64,000 nt of DNA from an uncultured cyanobacterium (GCA_963793265.1 CAWBZI010000004.1:352001-416000), one strand, 5' to 3'; positions 18,762 through 28,750 are shown, numbered from the stretch's first letter. Program-made: numbers and translations. The notes: a model not told the origin generated them from the letters alone.

Positions 18762-20072
18762 ATGGCTGTCTCACTTCGGACAGGGAATTTTCCCAAGGGC
18801 TTATGGAAGGGATTGCTGCTGCTACCGCTGTTGTTGCTGCCGGTGGTTTGGGTGGCTAGAGGGAGCGGCGATTCGGCTGAAGTGGCTGAGGTGAGTCAGG
18901 TTTTGCCGGTGGAGACGGTGAGGCTAGAGGCGGTAGATAGCTATAGGACGCGGCGGACTTATAGCGGTGAGGTGGTGGCCCGGCGGCGCAGCGATTTAGG
19001 GTTTGAGCGGTCGGGGATGGTGACGGTATTGCTGGCTGATGACGGGGATGTGGTAGCGGCGGGGGCGGCTTTGGCGAGGCTGGATGTGCGGGATTTAGAG
19101 GCGCAGCGATCGCAGCTTGAAGCTGAAAAGAAGCAGGCGCTGGCCCAGCTTCAAGAGCTAGAAACGGGGCCGCGGCGAGAGGATATTGCGGCAGCAACAG
19201 GGGCGGTGAGCGATCTGCAAAATCAGCTATCGCTGGCGCAGTTACAGGCTGACCGGCGGGCCGAGCTGTATGCCAAGGGGGCAATTTCTCAGGAGGAGCT
19301 AGATGAACGTCAGTTTGGGGCGCGGGCGATCGCTGATCGACTGCAACAGGCCCAAAGCCAGCTTGACGAACTGCGTAACGGCACCCGGCAAGAACAGCTT
19401 GTGGCGCAAGGAGCGCAGGTAGAACAAATAGACGCGCGAATTAGAGCGATTGATGTGTCGCTAGATAAAAGCACTTTGTATGCGCCGTTTGCGGGGAAAG
19501 TGGCCGCGCGGGCGGTGGATGAGGGGGCGGTGGTCGGCAGCGGTCAGGCGGTGATGACGCTAGTGGAGAATGCGGCAGTAGAAGCAAGGATCGGGGTGCC
19601 GCAGGCGATGGCGCAACGGCTAGCGGTGGGCGAAGCTGAATCGGTCACTATCGGCCAAAGAACCTATCCGGCTGTGGTGACCGCTCAGCTTCCTGAAGTC
19701 GACGAAGCGAGTCAGACGGTGACAGTTGTGTTGCAGCTAGCGGCTGACGATGATATTACGATGGGGGCCACGGCTCGAATGACTGTGGCAGAACAACAGT
19801 CTGCTGAGGGCTATTGGCTACCGAGTACGGCGCTGATTGCGGGCGATCGCGGCCTGTGGTCTGTGTATGTTCTTAACGAGGAAGGTGAAACCTATCGGGC
19901 AAGGCGGCGAGATGTGGAGGTTTTGCATACGGATCAGTCCGGCGTAGGTGGGCGCGCGTTTGTCAGAGGGTTGTTGGCGCAGGGCGATCGCGTCATCACC
20001 AGCGGTACCCATCGAATTGTGGCCGATCAGCTTGTGACGCCAAGTGATAATCCCGGTGAGGTTAACGAATGA
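18762..20072 (+). CDS. RND efflux periplasmic adaptor subunit
   Basis: N-terminal TM, lipoyl-like G..V..G..LA.LD, long alpha-hairpin, APFAG.V. Confidence 0.92.
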   Translation: MAVSLRTGNFPKGLWKGLLLLPLLLLPVVWVARGSGDSAEVAEVSQVLPVETVRLEAVDSYRTRRTYSGEVVARRRSDLGFERSGMVTVLLADDGDVVAAGAALARLDVRDLEAQRSQLEAEKKQALAQLQELETGPRREDIAAATGAVSDLQNQLSLAQLQADRRAELYAKGAISQEELDERQFGARAIADRLQQAQSQLDELRNGTRQEQLVAQGAQVEQIDARIRAIDVSLDKSTLYAPFAGKVAARAVDEGAVVGSGQAVMTLVENAAVEARIGVPQAMAQRLAVGEAESVTIGQRTYPAVVTAQLPEVDEASQTVTVVLQLAADDDITMGATARMTVAEQQSAEGYWLPSTALIAGDRGLWSVYVLNEEGETYRARRRDVEVLHTDQSGVGGRAFVRGLLAQGDRVITSGTHRIVADQLVTPSDNPGEVNE

Positions 20073-23000
20073 ATTTGTTCTACCGCAACCGGCAGCTCCT
20101 CTTTCTCACCATGACGCTGATTGTTGTCTGGGGCGTTTCTGCATTCCTCACGCTGCCACGACTAGAAGATCCTGAAATTGTTCAGCGCGTTTCCACGATT
20201 ACCACCGTTTTCCCCGGTGCAAGTGCTGAACGGATTGAGTCTCTGGTGACTGATAAAATAGAAGAAGAATTCTCAGATGTTGAAGAGATAGATAATATTG
20301 AATCGACTTCGAGTCCGAACATTTCTGTTGTTACCATAGAACTTAAGGACACGGTTTCTGACGTTTCACAGGTGTGGGCTAGAGTTCGCAGTCAGTTAGA
20401 AGACGTGACGCCAGAGCTACCCGCAGGCGCGCAAGATCCCATTTATGAAGATGCCGACGTGGCGGCGAATGCGCTAATTGTTGGGCTGACGTGGGATTTG
20501 GATTCGCCTGTGAATATGGCCCTGTTGCAGCGGATTGCAGAAGGGTTAGAAGATGAGCTAGACGCGATTCCGGGTACCGATAAGGTAGAGGCTTTTGGGG
20601 CAAGCGACGAGGAAATTCAGGTCACAATCGATCAGCTAGCGGCAGCGAAGTTGGGGCTAACGGCTGAGGCGATCGCCCAACAAATACAGGCAAGCGATGC
20701 CAAGCTTTCGGCAGGCAGACTGCAAAGCGAGGCCGACGAACTGCTGCTAGAAGTAGACAGTGCTCTAGAGTCTTTAGAGAGAATTAGACAAATCCCGATT
20801 CGGATAGGAGAAGCCGGACAGGTGAGGCTGCTTGGGGATGTTGCCACCGTAACTAAAGCCGTGCGCGAACCTGCTGAAGAACTGGCGCTAGTGAACGGAA
20901 AACCCGCGATTGTGATTTCGGCGCAGGTGGAATCTAGCTTTCGAGTAGATAGCTGGGCGCAAGACGCCAGGCAGGTGCTTGTCACTTTTGAAGAGAGTCT
21001 TTCAGACGGGCTTAGCCTGACAACAGTGTTGGATCAAAGTCAGTATGTGCAACAGCGGCTTAACGGCGTCATTGGCAATCTGTTGATGAGTTCGGGGCTG
21101 GTGATTTTAGTCTCGCTGTTTATGTTGGGCTGGCGCTCGGCAATGATTGTAGGGCTGGCTTTGCCACTGGCGACGCTGATGGTGTTTGGCTGTATGAAGG
21201 CGCTAAACATTCCACTGCATCAGATGTCGGTGACAGGATTGATCATTGCGTTAGGGCTACTGATTGACAACGCGATTGTGGTGGTGGACGAGGTGCAAAT
21301 TCGGCTGAAGGCCGGAATGCGTCCGGCGATCGCAGTGGGTGAAACGGTGAAGCATCTAACCGTCCCTTTGGTGGCTTCTACATTAACAACGGTGCTAGCA
21401 TTTGTGCCGATTGCTATTTCTCCTGGCGGCACAGGAGAGTTTATTGGCACGATTGGCACGACCGTTATTTTGGCGCTGCTCAGCTCTTTAGCGCTTTCTT
21501 TGACAGTGATTGCCTCTTTGGTGGGTTTGATTCATCGACGCTGGCCTCGCAGAGAAAATGAGGCTCAAGCAAGCTGGTGGCAAGACGGCTTTGCTAATCG
21601 TCATTTGAGCCGCTGGTATGCTAGCAGCTTAAGAACAATGTTTCGCCGTCCGATTTTAGGCATTGGGTTAGCGCTAATTTTGCCCGCTGTTGGATTTGTA
21701 CAGTTCGCTAGCTTGCCACAGCAGTTTTTCCCACCGACGAACCGAGATCAGTTTCAAATTGAGTTTGAGCTACCGGCCCAAAGTGCGATGACGCTTACAG
21801 CGTCTCAGGTGCTTGCGGCCAGAGAGCTAATTCGTCAGCATCCCGCTGTTTCAGACGTGCACTGGTTTGTAGGTAAAAGTGCGCCTTCTTTCTTTTACAA
21901 CGTAGTGGCAGCGAAGGAGAACGCGCCTGATTATGCGCAGGGTTTGGTCAAACTCAGCAATACCGACGACCTGCGCGGCACGATTATCACCTTGCAACAG
22001 CAGCTTGACGCGGCCTTTCCGCAGGCGCAAATATTAGTCAGACAGCTAGAACAGGGGCCTCCGTTTCCGGCCCCGATTGAGCTGCGGCTATATGGCTCTG
22101 AGCTGCCTCGCCTGCGGGCTTTGGGCAATCAGCTCCGCGGCCAGCTTGCTCAAATTTCAGATGTGATTCATACGCGAGCCGCCCTTACTGAAGTTCAGCC
22201 TAAGCTAGCGCTGACGGTTGATGAAATAGCCGCGCGGCGAACGGGGCTGGATAATGGCGCGATCGCCTCCCAGCTCGATTCAACCTTGCAAGGCGCTGTC
22301 GGCGGCTCACTACTCGAAGACACCGAAGACATTCCGGTGCGGGTGCGCGTAGGCGATTCGACCCGAGGAGACTTGGGCGCGATCGCCTCCACCAATCTCC
22401 TTACAAACAACAGCAGCGTCCCGCTTTCGTCTGTCGCTGACATTAGCCTAGTCCCCGATATCGCCTCCATTGCCCACTACAACGGCCAGCGCATCAACAC
22501 CGTACAAGCCTTTCTCACCGCAGGAGCCCTCCCAGACGCGGTACTTTCTCGCTTTCAGCAAACGCTAGCAGACAGTGATTTTGACTTGCCGACCGGCTAT
22601 CGCATTGAGTACGGCGGCGAGGCCGATGCGAGAGGAAGTGCGGTAGGTAATCTGCTGGCTTCAATTGGCGTCCTGCTGGTTTTAATGGTGGCGACGCTGG
22701 TACTTTCGTTTAATTCGTTTGCGATCGCGGCTCTTTTAGCGGTAGTTGCTATTTGCGCAGTCGGCTTAGCTGCCATGGCGCTATGGCTATTCAACTCTAT
22801 TTTTGGTTTCACGGCCATCCTTGGCACGTTAGGACTCATTGGCCTCGCGATTAACGACTCGATTGTTGTCCTTGCCGCGCTCAGAGAAGATCCGCTGGCG
22901 AAGGCGGGTGATGTAAAAGCGACGGTGGAAGTTGTGCTGAAAGCAACCAGGCACGTGGCTGCCACGACAGTGACGACAATTATTGGATTTGTGCCACTTA

Positions 23001-23152
23001 TGCTCGATACCACTGGGTTCTGGCCACCTTTGGCAATTGCGATCGCAGGCGGACTCGGCGGTGCAACCTTACTGGCCCTCTATTTCATCCCGGCTGCCTA
23101 CCTGCTGATCTTTGGCCGTAATCGGCAAAGCCCTCGCGAAGCTGCTAGATAG
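20069..23152 (+). CDS. RND efflux permease (AcrB/AcrD/AcrF family)
   Basis: LPRLEDP, GLLIDNAIVV, PLAIAIAGGL; 1027 aa; 4-nt overlap with the adaptor gene. Confidence 0.95.
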   Translation: MNLFYRNRQLLFLTMTLIVVWGVSAFLTLPRLEDPEIVQRVSTITTVFPGASAERIESLVTDKIEEEFSDVEEIDNIESTSSPNISVVTIELKDTVSDVSQVWARVRSQLEDVTPELPAGAQDPIYEDADVAANALIVGLTWDLDSPVNMALLQRIAEGLEDELDAIPGTDKVEAFGASDEEIQVTIDQLAAAKLGLTAEAIAQQIQASDAKLSAGRLQSEADELLLEVDSALESLERIRQIPIRIGEAGQVRLLGDVATVTKAVREPAEELALVNGKPAIVISAQVESSFRVDSWAQDARQVLVTFEESLSDGLSLTTVLDQSQYVQQRLNGVIGNLLMSSGLVILVSLFMLGWRSAMIVGLALPLATLMVFGCMKALNIPLHQMSVTGLIIALGLLIDNAIVVVDEVQIRLKAGMRPAIAVGETVKHLTVPLVASTLTTVLAFVPIAISPGGTGEFIGTIGTTVILALLSSLALSLTVIASLVGLIHRRWPRRENEAQASWWQDGFANRHLSRWYASSLRTMFRRPILGIGLALILPAVGFVQFASLPQQFFPPTNRDQFQIEFELPAQSAMTLTASQVLAARELIRQHPAVSDVHWFVGKSAPSFFYNVVAAKENAPDYAQGLVKLSNTDDLRGTIITLQQQLDAAFPQAQILVRQLEQGPPFPAPIELRLYGSELPRLRALGNQLRGQLAQISDVIHTRAALTEVQPKLALTVDEIAARRTGLDNGAIASQLDSTLQGAVGGSLLEDTEDIPVRVRVGDSTRGDLGAIASTNLLTNNSSVPLSSVADISLVPDIASIAHYNGQRINTVQAFLTAGALPDAVLSRFQQTLADSDFDLPTGYRIEYGGEADARGSAVGNLLASIGVLLVLMVATLVLSFNSFAIAALLAVVAICAVGLAAMALWLFNSIFGFTAILGTLGLIGLAINDSIVVLAALREDPLAKAGDVKATVEVVLKATRHVAATTVTTIIGFVPLMLDTTGFWPPLAIAIAGGLGGATLLALYFIPAAYLLIFGRNRQSPREAAR

Positions 23153-23164
23153 CGTTTCAATTGT

Positions 23165-24226
23165 TTAGAATTTTTGCTTTTGTTTTTGATATTGAAGATA
23201 ACGTATGGACTCTATGCTAGATGGATCATAAGCAACTTCTTGAGCTGCCATATGTACATTTCCCCACAGATCGAGAGCAGATAAAGGAAGGTTATTTTTG
23301 GCTTTGTAAGGACGCGTTAGCAAAAAATGAAAGTGACTGGCTTTAGCGTTTCTGTCTTGTGCTTTTTCACGCAAGAAGATTTCTTTGTCAATCTGTTTAG
23401 GCGTTTTTGCTGTAGCACTTTCGGCTTCACTCTTTATCTTTTCCTTACTGGTCTTTGTTTTTGACCATTCAGGAAAGAATTCAAAAGGATCAGAGGCTTC
23501 AGGTGTATGAGAGAATGACACGTGTTGAGGTGTAGAAAACCCCTGAATTAGGCTGAAAATTGCGGTCGTTACGAGCAAGCCTAAAACTCTAGCATAGGTC
23601 AAAAAGCTACCTGCCCGGCGAGCCGATGCTTGTTGTTGAACGGCAAGCTGGTTGATGCGGTCATTCTGGATTTTGAAAGTAATATCGCGAATTTCATTGC
23701 GAGAATCTACTTTGTTCGGCACGCTGGTCGTTGAAACACCGCGCTGCGATTCAATCGCGGCACTACTTTCTAAATCGGTCTTTAACAGATTGAGTTGAAC
23801 ATCAGCAGGTGTAATTTGAAGCAGCTCAGCAATTCTGTTGATATCAAGATTGGAGAGATGCTGCTGCCTCGAAAGCTGGTAGTAGTCCAGCAGTGTTTGG
23901 GTTTGCGCCACCGATGTCTTACATGCATTAACCTGCTGAGTCCCTTTCAGCGTAGGCATATTTAGTACAGGCGCTAGCGTTTCTCTTAAAACAAACTCCT
24001 TGACAATTGCTGTTTGGTCGTCTGCGTAAGCTTTAGCGCGATCGCCATCAAGATCTATATCAGAAAAAAGTGCCTCATCAATTTCATTTGTCAGCACAGC
24101 AAATGTTAGATCTCGGCAAGCGAAATCTAACAGTTGGCCCATGCGGTCGGCTTGTTGATCGGAGAGTTCGATTGCACTTGTCAGCGCGAGATATTCCCGC
24201 GTAAGTGCAGCGTAGTCGGCGTCCAT
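23165..24226 (-). CDS. Putative membrane-anchored anti-sigma factor (two N-terminal helical repeats, one TM, C-terminal tail)
   Basis: Directly downstream of a sigma gene; repeats EY..L.....LS....DR...LL shared with ORF 25171; TM YARVLGLLVTTAIFSLI; function inferred. Confidence 0.55.
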   Translation of the reverse strand: MDADYAALTREYLALTSAIELSDQQADRMGQLLDFACRDLTFAVLTNEIDEALFSDIDLDGDRAKAYADDQTAIVKEFVLRETLAPVLNMPTLKGTQQVNACKTSVAQTQTLLDYYQLSRQQHLSNLDINRIAELLQITPADVQLNLLKTDLESSAAIESQRGVSTTSVPNKVDSRNEIRDITFKIQNDRINQLAVQQQASARRAGSFLTYARVLGLLVTTAIFSLIQGFSTPQHVSFSHTPEASDPFEFFPEWSKTKTSKEKIKSEAESATAKTPKQIDKEIFLREKAQDRNAKASHFHFLLTRPYKAKNNLPLSALDLWGNVHMAAQEVAYDPSSIESIRYLQYQKQKQKF

Positions 24227-24299
24227 GATCGTATCCTACAGTATTAGCAAAAGTTCGTTTGTCCTATGCATTGCTCTATGCTTCTTTTTATGTGCCTTG

Positions 24300-24968
24300 C
24301 TATGGGCTATCAAAAGCCCGGCGAAGTCGATGCAAGGCGCGTTCTCCCTGCTTCCGAAGCGTCGATTCTGAGATGTCAATCTGTTGCGTTTTGGATAATC
24401 TATCTTTTACTTCGCGCCATTTTAGGCCCATACCCACTCGGAGATTTAAGATCTCTCGGTCGCGCTCGCTCATACTATTCATTGTTAAAACCAACTTATT
24501 GATCATGCTCTCGTTAATGTAGGCAGGCGATGTCATCTCACCGCTAAACGTTGCAATCTCCTTAGTATTCTTCTTGAGAATATTGGTATTTCTTTTAGAG
24601 CGTCTGCTGTATTCGTGAATAATATTATACGAAACACTATTCATCCACGACAGCAAGTTATCAATCTCCCTGCCTTCCTCAAGCTGAAGATGAGTCCGAA
24701 GATAGGCTTCGATCAGCACTTCATCAGCGCTGTGATAAGACTCTAAATGAAACTGACGCAGCCTTTTCTGTACAGAAAAAAACATTTTACGAAAGCTACT
24801 GTCCGATTGGGTGTCGAGCAAGGCATCCATAAGGGTGTTCAGCGACTGCAGCCTTTCGGCAATTTCGGCGCTATGGGTGGGTATTTCATCAGGATAAAAG
24901 GCAGGCCCGTCCTGAGGCCCGTTGGTAGACAGATGCATTGGCGTTTTGTCAGGGGTTGGCATGAGCAT
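24300..24968 (-). CDS. ECF-like sigma-70 family factor
   Basis: Region 2 (DEVLIEAYLR...IDNLLSWMNSVSYNIIHEYSR) and region 4 (MSERDREILNLRVGMGLKWREV...TLRKQGERALHRLR); start uncertain (24968, 24962 or 24938). Confidence 0.8.
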   Translation of the reverse strand: MLMPTPDKTPMHLSTNGPQDGPAFYPDEIPTHSAEIAERLQSLNTLMDALLDTQSDSSFRKMFFSVQKRLRQFHLESYHSADEVLIEAYLRTHLQLEEGREIDNLLSWMNSVSYNIIHEYSRRSKRNTNILKKNTKEIATFSGEMTSPAYINESMINKLVLTMNSMSERDREILNLRVGMGLKWREVKDRLSKTQQIDISESTLRKQGERALHRLRRAFDSP

Positions 24969-25170
24969 TCCTGCGCGCGTCCGAGTATAAGTGACATAGA
25001 CCTGCAAAAATGTGACACCTTTGCAGGTAAAGGTATATATGGGTTGTTTTTCAAGGGTAACGAAGATGTTATGAATGTTTACCAAGCGGCGATCGCTTAG
25101 CTTATTAGCAGATAAGCGATCGCCCAGCAGTCGGATAAGTCGGCACGAACGAGACTTAACAGATTAGCCG

Positions 25171-25659
25171 CTACAAATGCGCTTCTGTCGAGATTTTCTC
25201 AATGGCCTTTTTGCGAGCAGCTCTGATCTGTTGAAGCAAGTTGCTTTCGACTGTAGAGGCCAGTGGCGCGTCAAGGTCAAGGCGCTCGCGCAGTACAGCG
25301 CGCTGGTTTTCATAGTCGTGCAGGGCCGCAGGGCTAAGTAAGCCAATATCAGCACCTTTGTGATAGGCCGCGCGCGATATCCAAAAGTCGATGTTGCCGT
25401 GAACAGTCGCCATGACTAAGATCGCTTCGATCCTATCTTCCTGCGCTTCAGAGAGAGTCGGCAAAATCATCAGTTCGCCGTATTCATCTCCTATCTTTTT
25501 GGCATCTTCAAGAGAGATTGTAGTGCCGGGCTTCCCTTCTTTGGGGTTGTTGAGCGAGTTCGTGATGTCGGGTACAGTTTCCAATTTCTTATCGTCCAAA
25601 ACGGAGTGCGGTATCGTATTTTTTGAATGGCCTGCTGGAAATATAGTCCAGCGGCTCAT
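25171..25659 (-). CDS. Soluble protein with one copy of the helical domain found in ORF 23165
   Basis: DEYGELMILPTLSEAQEDRIEAILVMA...YENQRAVLRE aligns by eye with REYLALTSAIELSDQQADRMGQLLDFA...YADDQTAIVKE; start uncertain. Confidence 0.65.
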   Translation of the reverse strand: MSRWTIFPAGHSKNTIPHSVLDDKKLETVPDITNSLNNPKEGKPGTTISLEDAKKIGDEYGELMILPTLSEAQEDRIEAILVMATVHGNIDFWISRAAYHKGADIGLLSPAALHDYENQRAVLRERLDLDAPLASTVESNLLQQIRAARKKAIEKISTEAHL

Positions 25660-25829
25660 TTCTCTATGAATAAGCAGAGAAAGTGTGACAGACGAATCGA
25701 AAAATAATTGCAAGTCCTTGCTGAGTATTGCTTTTGGCAGTTTGCTCTGTCATAAACCGGGGGCCATAGGAAAGGGAAAGCCGCTGTGGGCCTTCCCCTA
25801 TTTATCGTCTAGCGACTATGACCTACCCG

Positions 25830-26132
25830 CTAACAATCATGCGTTAATTCCCTGATAATTCTGTAGCTCTCAAGCCGCAGCCAAGCCATAGGGTTGCCAA
25901 TAGGCTCTCCCTGCTCTAAAGCGGCTAGACCTTGCTGATAGCCCTGTAGCAGTATGTACTCTACAGTCGGCTTGGGCGATATGGGCGATCGCGCCAAAGC
26001 CTGCGATACAGATATCCATATACTCAAGGTGCTTTGATTGCCCTGACGACAGATATCTTTCATTGCGTCTTTAAGCTGCTTATGCTTAGGATTATTAGGG
26101 TCGTAGGCAACGACCGTCTGGGGCTTAGTCAT
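25830..26132 (-). CDS. Stand-alone sigma region-2-like protein (no region 4)
   Basis: SVSQAL...TVEYILLQGYQQGLAALEQGEPIGNPMAWLRLESYRIIREL aligns with region 2 of both flanking sigma factors; GGAG RBS. Confidence 0.7.
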   Translation of the reverse strand: MTKPQTVVAYDPNNPKHKQLKDAMKDICRQGNQSTLSIWISVSQALARSPISPKPTVEYILLQGYQQGLAALEQGEPIGNPMAWLRLESYRIIRELTHDC

Positions 26133-26222
26133 TAAAAATACTCCAAAAAAGGTTCCTCAGTTCTATATGGCGTACATATGTAAAGCGGTTGTTGCCAAAA
26201 AACAGCTCGTCTTAAAAGCTGG

Positions 26223-26861
26223 TCAATCTAAAGACAGATCTGCTTTTAACTGCTGTATCGCTCGGTGTTTTCGCTGCCTGAGCGCCCCCAAAGAACACTG
26301 TTGATAGCCCATAGCAACCAATCGGTCTTGAACGATCTTCCACTGCAACCCTTCCACAATATTCAGGGTCAAGATGTCTTGATCTAAGCGTGAAAGCTGC
26401 TGAAAAGACTGCTGGATCTGCTGGTGCTTTGGACTTAGCTCATCATCAGATAGCCATTCTGGCTCAGTCCACGAATCGGGTATCCGCTCAATTATCTCTG
26501 TCTGTGCTTCTTGCACTCTTCTACGCCGCTTCTCCCGACTTTCTTCTTTAATAATGTAGCGACAGGTTAGCCTTATCCAGGCAATAGGGACAGGAATGCT
26601 TTTGCCCTTATTAATTGCCGCAATGCCGCGTACAACGGCCTCGTTAATAACTGACGCCGTTGTGCAGGATCTACCCAGGTCGTACCGTCGTAGCTCGGCG
26701 GCCACTGATACCATGAGGCTAATCATGTCTTGATTTTTGGGCTCGTATATGGTCATAATCGCCTGGTAAAAAGCCTCGTGCTCGGGCGTTAGGCTTGCCT
26801 GAGCTGCTCGATCGGTACCTCGAAGTGAGCGTGTTTTATTACGCTTAGCATGATGAGTCAT
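26223..26861 (-). CDS. ECF-like sigma-70 family factor
   Basis: VINEAVVRG...IPVPIAWIRLTCRYIIKEESR (region 2); LSRLDQDILTLNIVEGLQWKIV...ALRQRKHRAIQQLK (region 4). Confidence 0.82.
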   Translation of the reverse strand: MTHHAKRNKTRSLRGTDRAAQASLTPEHEAFYQAIMTIYEPKNQDMISLMVSVAAELRRYDLGRSCTTASVINEAVVRGIAAINKGKSIPVPIAWIRLTCRYIIKEESREKRRRRVQEAQTEIIERIPDSWTEPEWLSDDELSPKHQQIQQSFQQLSRLDQDILTLNIVEGLQWKIVQDRLVAMGYQQCSLGALRQRKHRAIQQLKADLSLD

Positions 26862-27375
26862 GTTTTTTTCCTAGAGAATGGCAAACATGTGTATGAGTAA
26901 GAAGAAAGCCCTATTAAAACGGGGCGGCGGGATTAAAGAAACTTTCTTGGATGTATGAATGACGAGTGCAGATAAGAATCTATTTAGGCCCGCACAACGG
27001 TTGTTAAAATAGGGTTTGGCTCGATACCACAACCTTCTATGTGAAAACTGATGAAAGTGTGACAGAGGTAGTTGACGGTGGCTGTTAGCGGTGATACCTA
27101 GCTATTGTTCTAACGTCTTAATGAGGCGGTATGCTAGCTCGTTGTCCTACATAGTGGCTTATTTCTGTACTGATAAACCCGCTGAAACCCTTGCTATAAG
27201 GGAACCTGCAATTCATGCATTTTCTTGTACGAACATTTCTTTTATACTAATGAAAATTAATGTGGGGATAGGTATACGTTTTTTAGTGACCAGGCGTTGA
27301 TGCGGCGATCGCATCACAACCTGTAGCCACCGCGAAAAAAAGATAAACAAAAGGTAGTGCAATCAGGAAAAATCT

Positions 27376-28683
27376 ATGCCTTCATTGGATAAGGACGAGA
27401 ATAGGAAAAATCGACAGCAGCAGAAAGCGTGGCGGGACAAGGTGATCGCTCGGCTAGGTTTTAAAGACATGGCAGCGCTAGCAAGAGCAGCAGGCGTTAA
27501 CGATGGTGATCTATCAGGTATTTCGAGAGGAACCCGCAAGCCTAGTAACGCAGTAGCTCATAAGCTGATCCTGGCAATTCGAGACTGTAATTATCAAAAA
27601 GGATGGAACTATGCTGAAGCTGCCCTATATTTTCAAGACACTTTCAACTACCTGCGGGGTTACTATGCTCAGCAGCGCGGTGAGAAGGCTGTCTTTATCG
27701 ACGAAGAAGACATTCTAAAGTGGTACGACAGCTACCTGTATTGCACATCTCAGCAGCAGGAAGACTTTGCTGAACCGCTGAGCATTATTGCAGCAAGTAC
27801 TTCTGTAGGAGAGTCTCTATCCTATTTATTAGAATCTCTCAAGAACTGGAAGATGAAGCATGACTTTGATCTGCTAGGAAAGAAAAAGTATCGATTTCAA
27901 CACAATAAAGCGTTTATTATTAAGCCGACTTTATATAGAGCTATGAAGGAGGAACAGTATTATGAGCAAATCAAGGCTATATATACGGAGATAAGACATA
28001 TCGCGTACCTTTGCGGTGCCTTTGAGTTAGTGCAATCAATGTCTTACTGGCTTCGCGATCAGGCCAAGCAGCGCCACGATATTCAAACAGAAGTAAAAAC
28101 TAAGGTAACGATTGCATGGATGCAAACGTCATTTAACAGTACACAGAGCCTTCAAGATGCTAAACAACTTGTTCAAGCGGTTAACGGCATTGTTAGCGCT
28201 AGTAGCTTTCTTGCAGAGGTAAGCGCTGAAGATATGGATGTTATTGCAACGCTAGCAGAGCTACGCATGAGGCTAGAAATTCGGTTGGCTCAAAAGTGCT
28301 ATCTGCCATTGAGCCTCGAAAGGTTCAACAAGCTCTCAGAAGAATCTGAGGTGCTGTTATGTTCCCCAGCTAGTTTCCATGCGCTGCCTACTCGATTGCA
28401 GTCTCGATATACTATTCCACTTGACTATCAATACGGTGTATATTTGCATAGTCTGAGAGACTATGAGGGTGCGCAGCTAAAGTTTGAGTCGATTGTTGCT
28501 AGAGCTAACCGCATCGGCTGGATTAGGATAGAACAAGCTGCCTATAGCTGGCTGGCTGAGTCTTTTGAAAAGATGGGCGACAGAGAAAATTGCTGTGCCA
28601 TGCTAGAGAAAATGACGGTTCCTTATCTACCCAAACGACAGCTAATTAGGGCAAACATTCGAGCGAATATTGCAGAAGTCTGA
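27376..28683 (+). CDS. XRE-type HTH protein with a C-terminal TPR-like helical domain
   Basis: MAALARAAGVNDGDLSGISRGTRKPS HTH; C-terminal helical repeats (YQYGVYLHSLRDYEGAQLKFE..., IGWIR..AAYSWLA). Confidence 0.7.
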   Translation: MPSLDKDENRKNRQQQKAWRDKVIARLGFKDMAALARAAGVNDGDLSGISRGTRKPSNAVAHKLILAIRDCNYQKGWNYAEAALYFQDTFNYLRGYYAQQRGEKAVFIDEEDILKWYDSYLYCTSQQQEDFAEPLSIIAASTSVGESLSYLLESLKNWKMKHDFDLLGKKKYRFQHNKAFIIKPTLYRAMKEEQYYEQIKAIYTEIRHIAYLCGAFELVQSMSYWLRDQAKQRHDIQTEVKTKVTIAWMQTSFNSTQSLQDAKQLVQAVNGIVSASSFLAEVSAEDMDVIATLAELRMRLEIRLAQKCYLPLSLERFNKLSEESEVLLCSPASFHALPTRLQSRYTIPLDYQYGVYLHSLRDYEGAQLKFESIVARANRIGWIRIEQAAYSWLAESFEKMGDRENCCAMLEKMTVPYLPKRQLIRANIRANIAEV

Positions 28684-28750
28684 GCCCGTAAAGACCTGCT
28701 AATAAAAATAGTACGCAATAAGAAAAGCCAAGAGAGCTTGAGAGGTTACT

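Noticed and set aside
25088..25123. Hairpin GGCGATCGCTTA...TAAGCGATCGCC
   Set aside because: The stem is mostly two self-complementary HIP1 sites and has no U-tract; a terminator role is unsupported.
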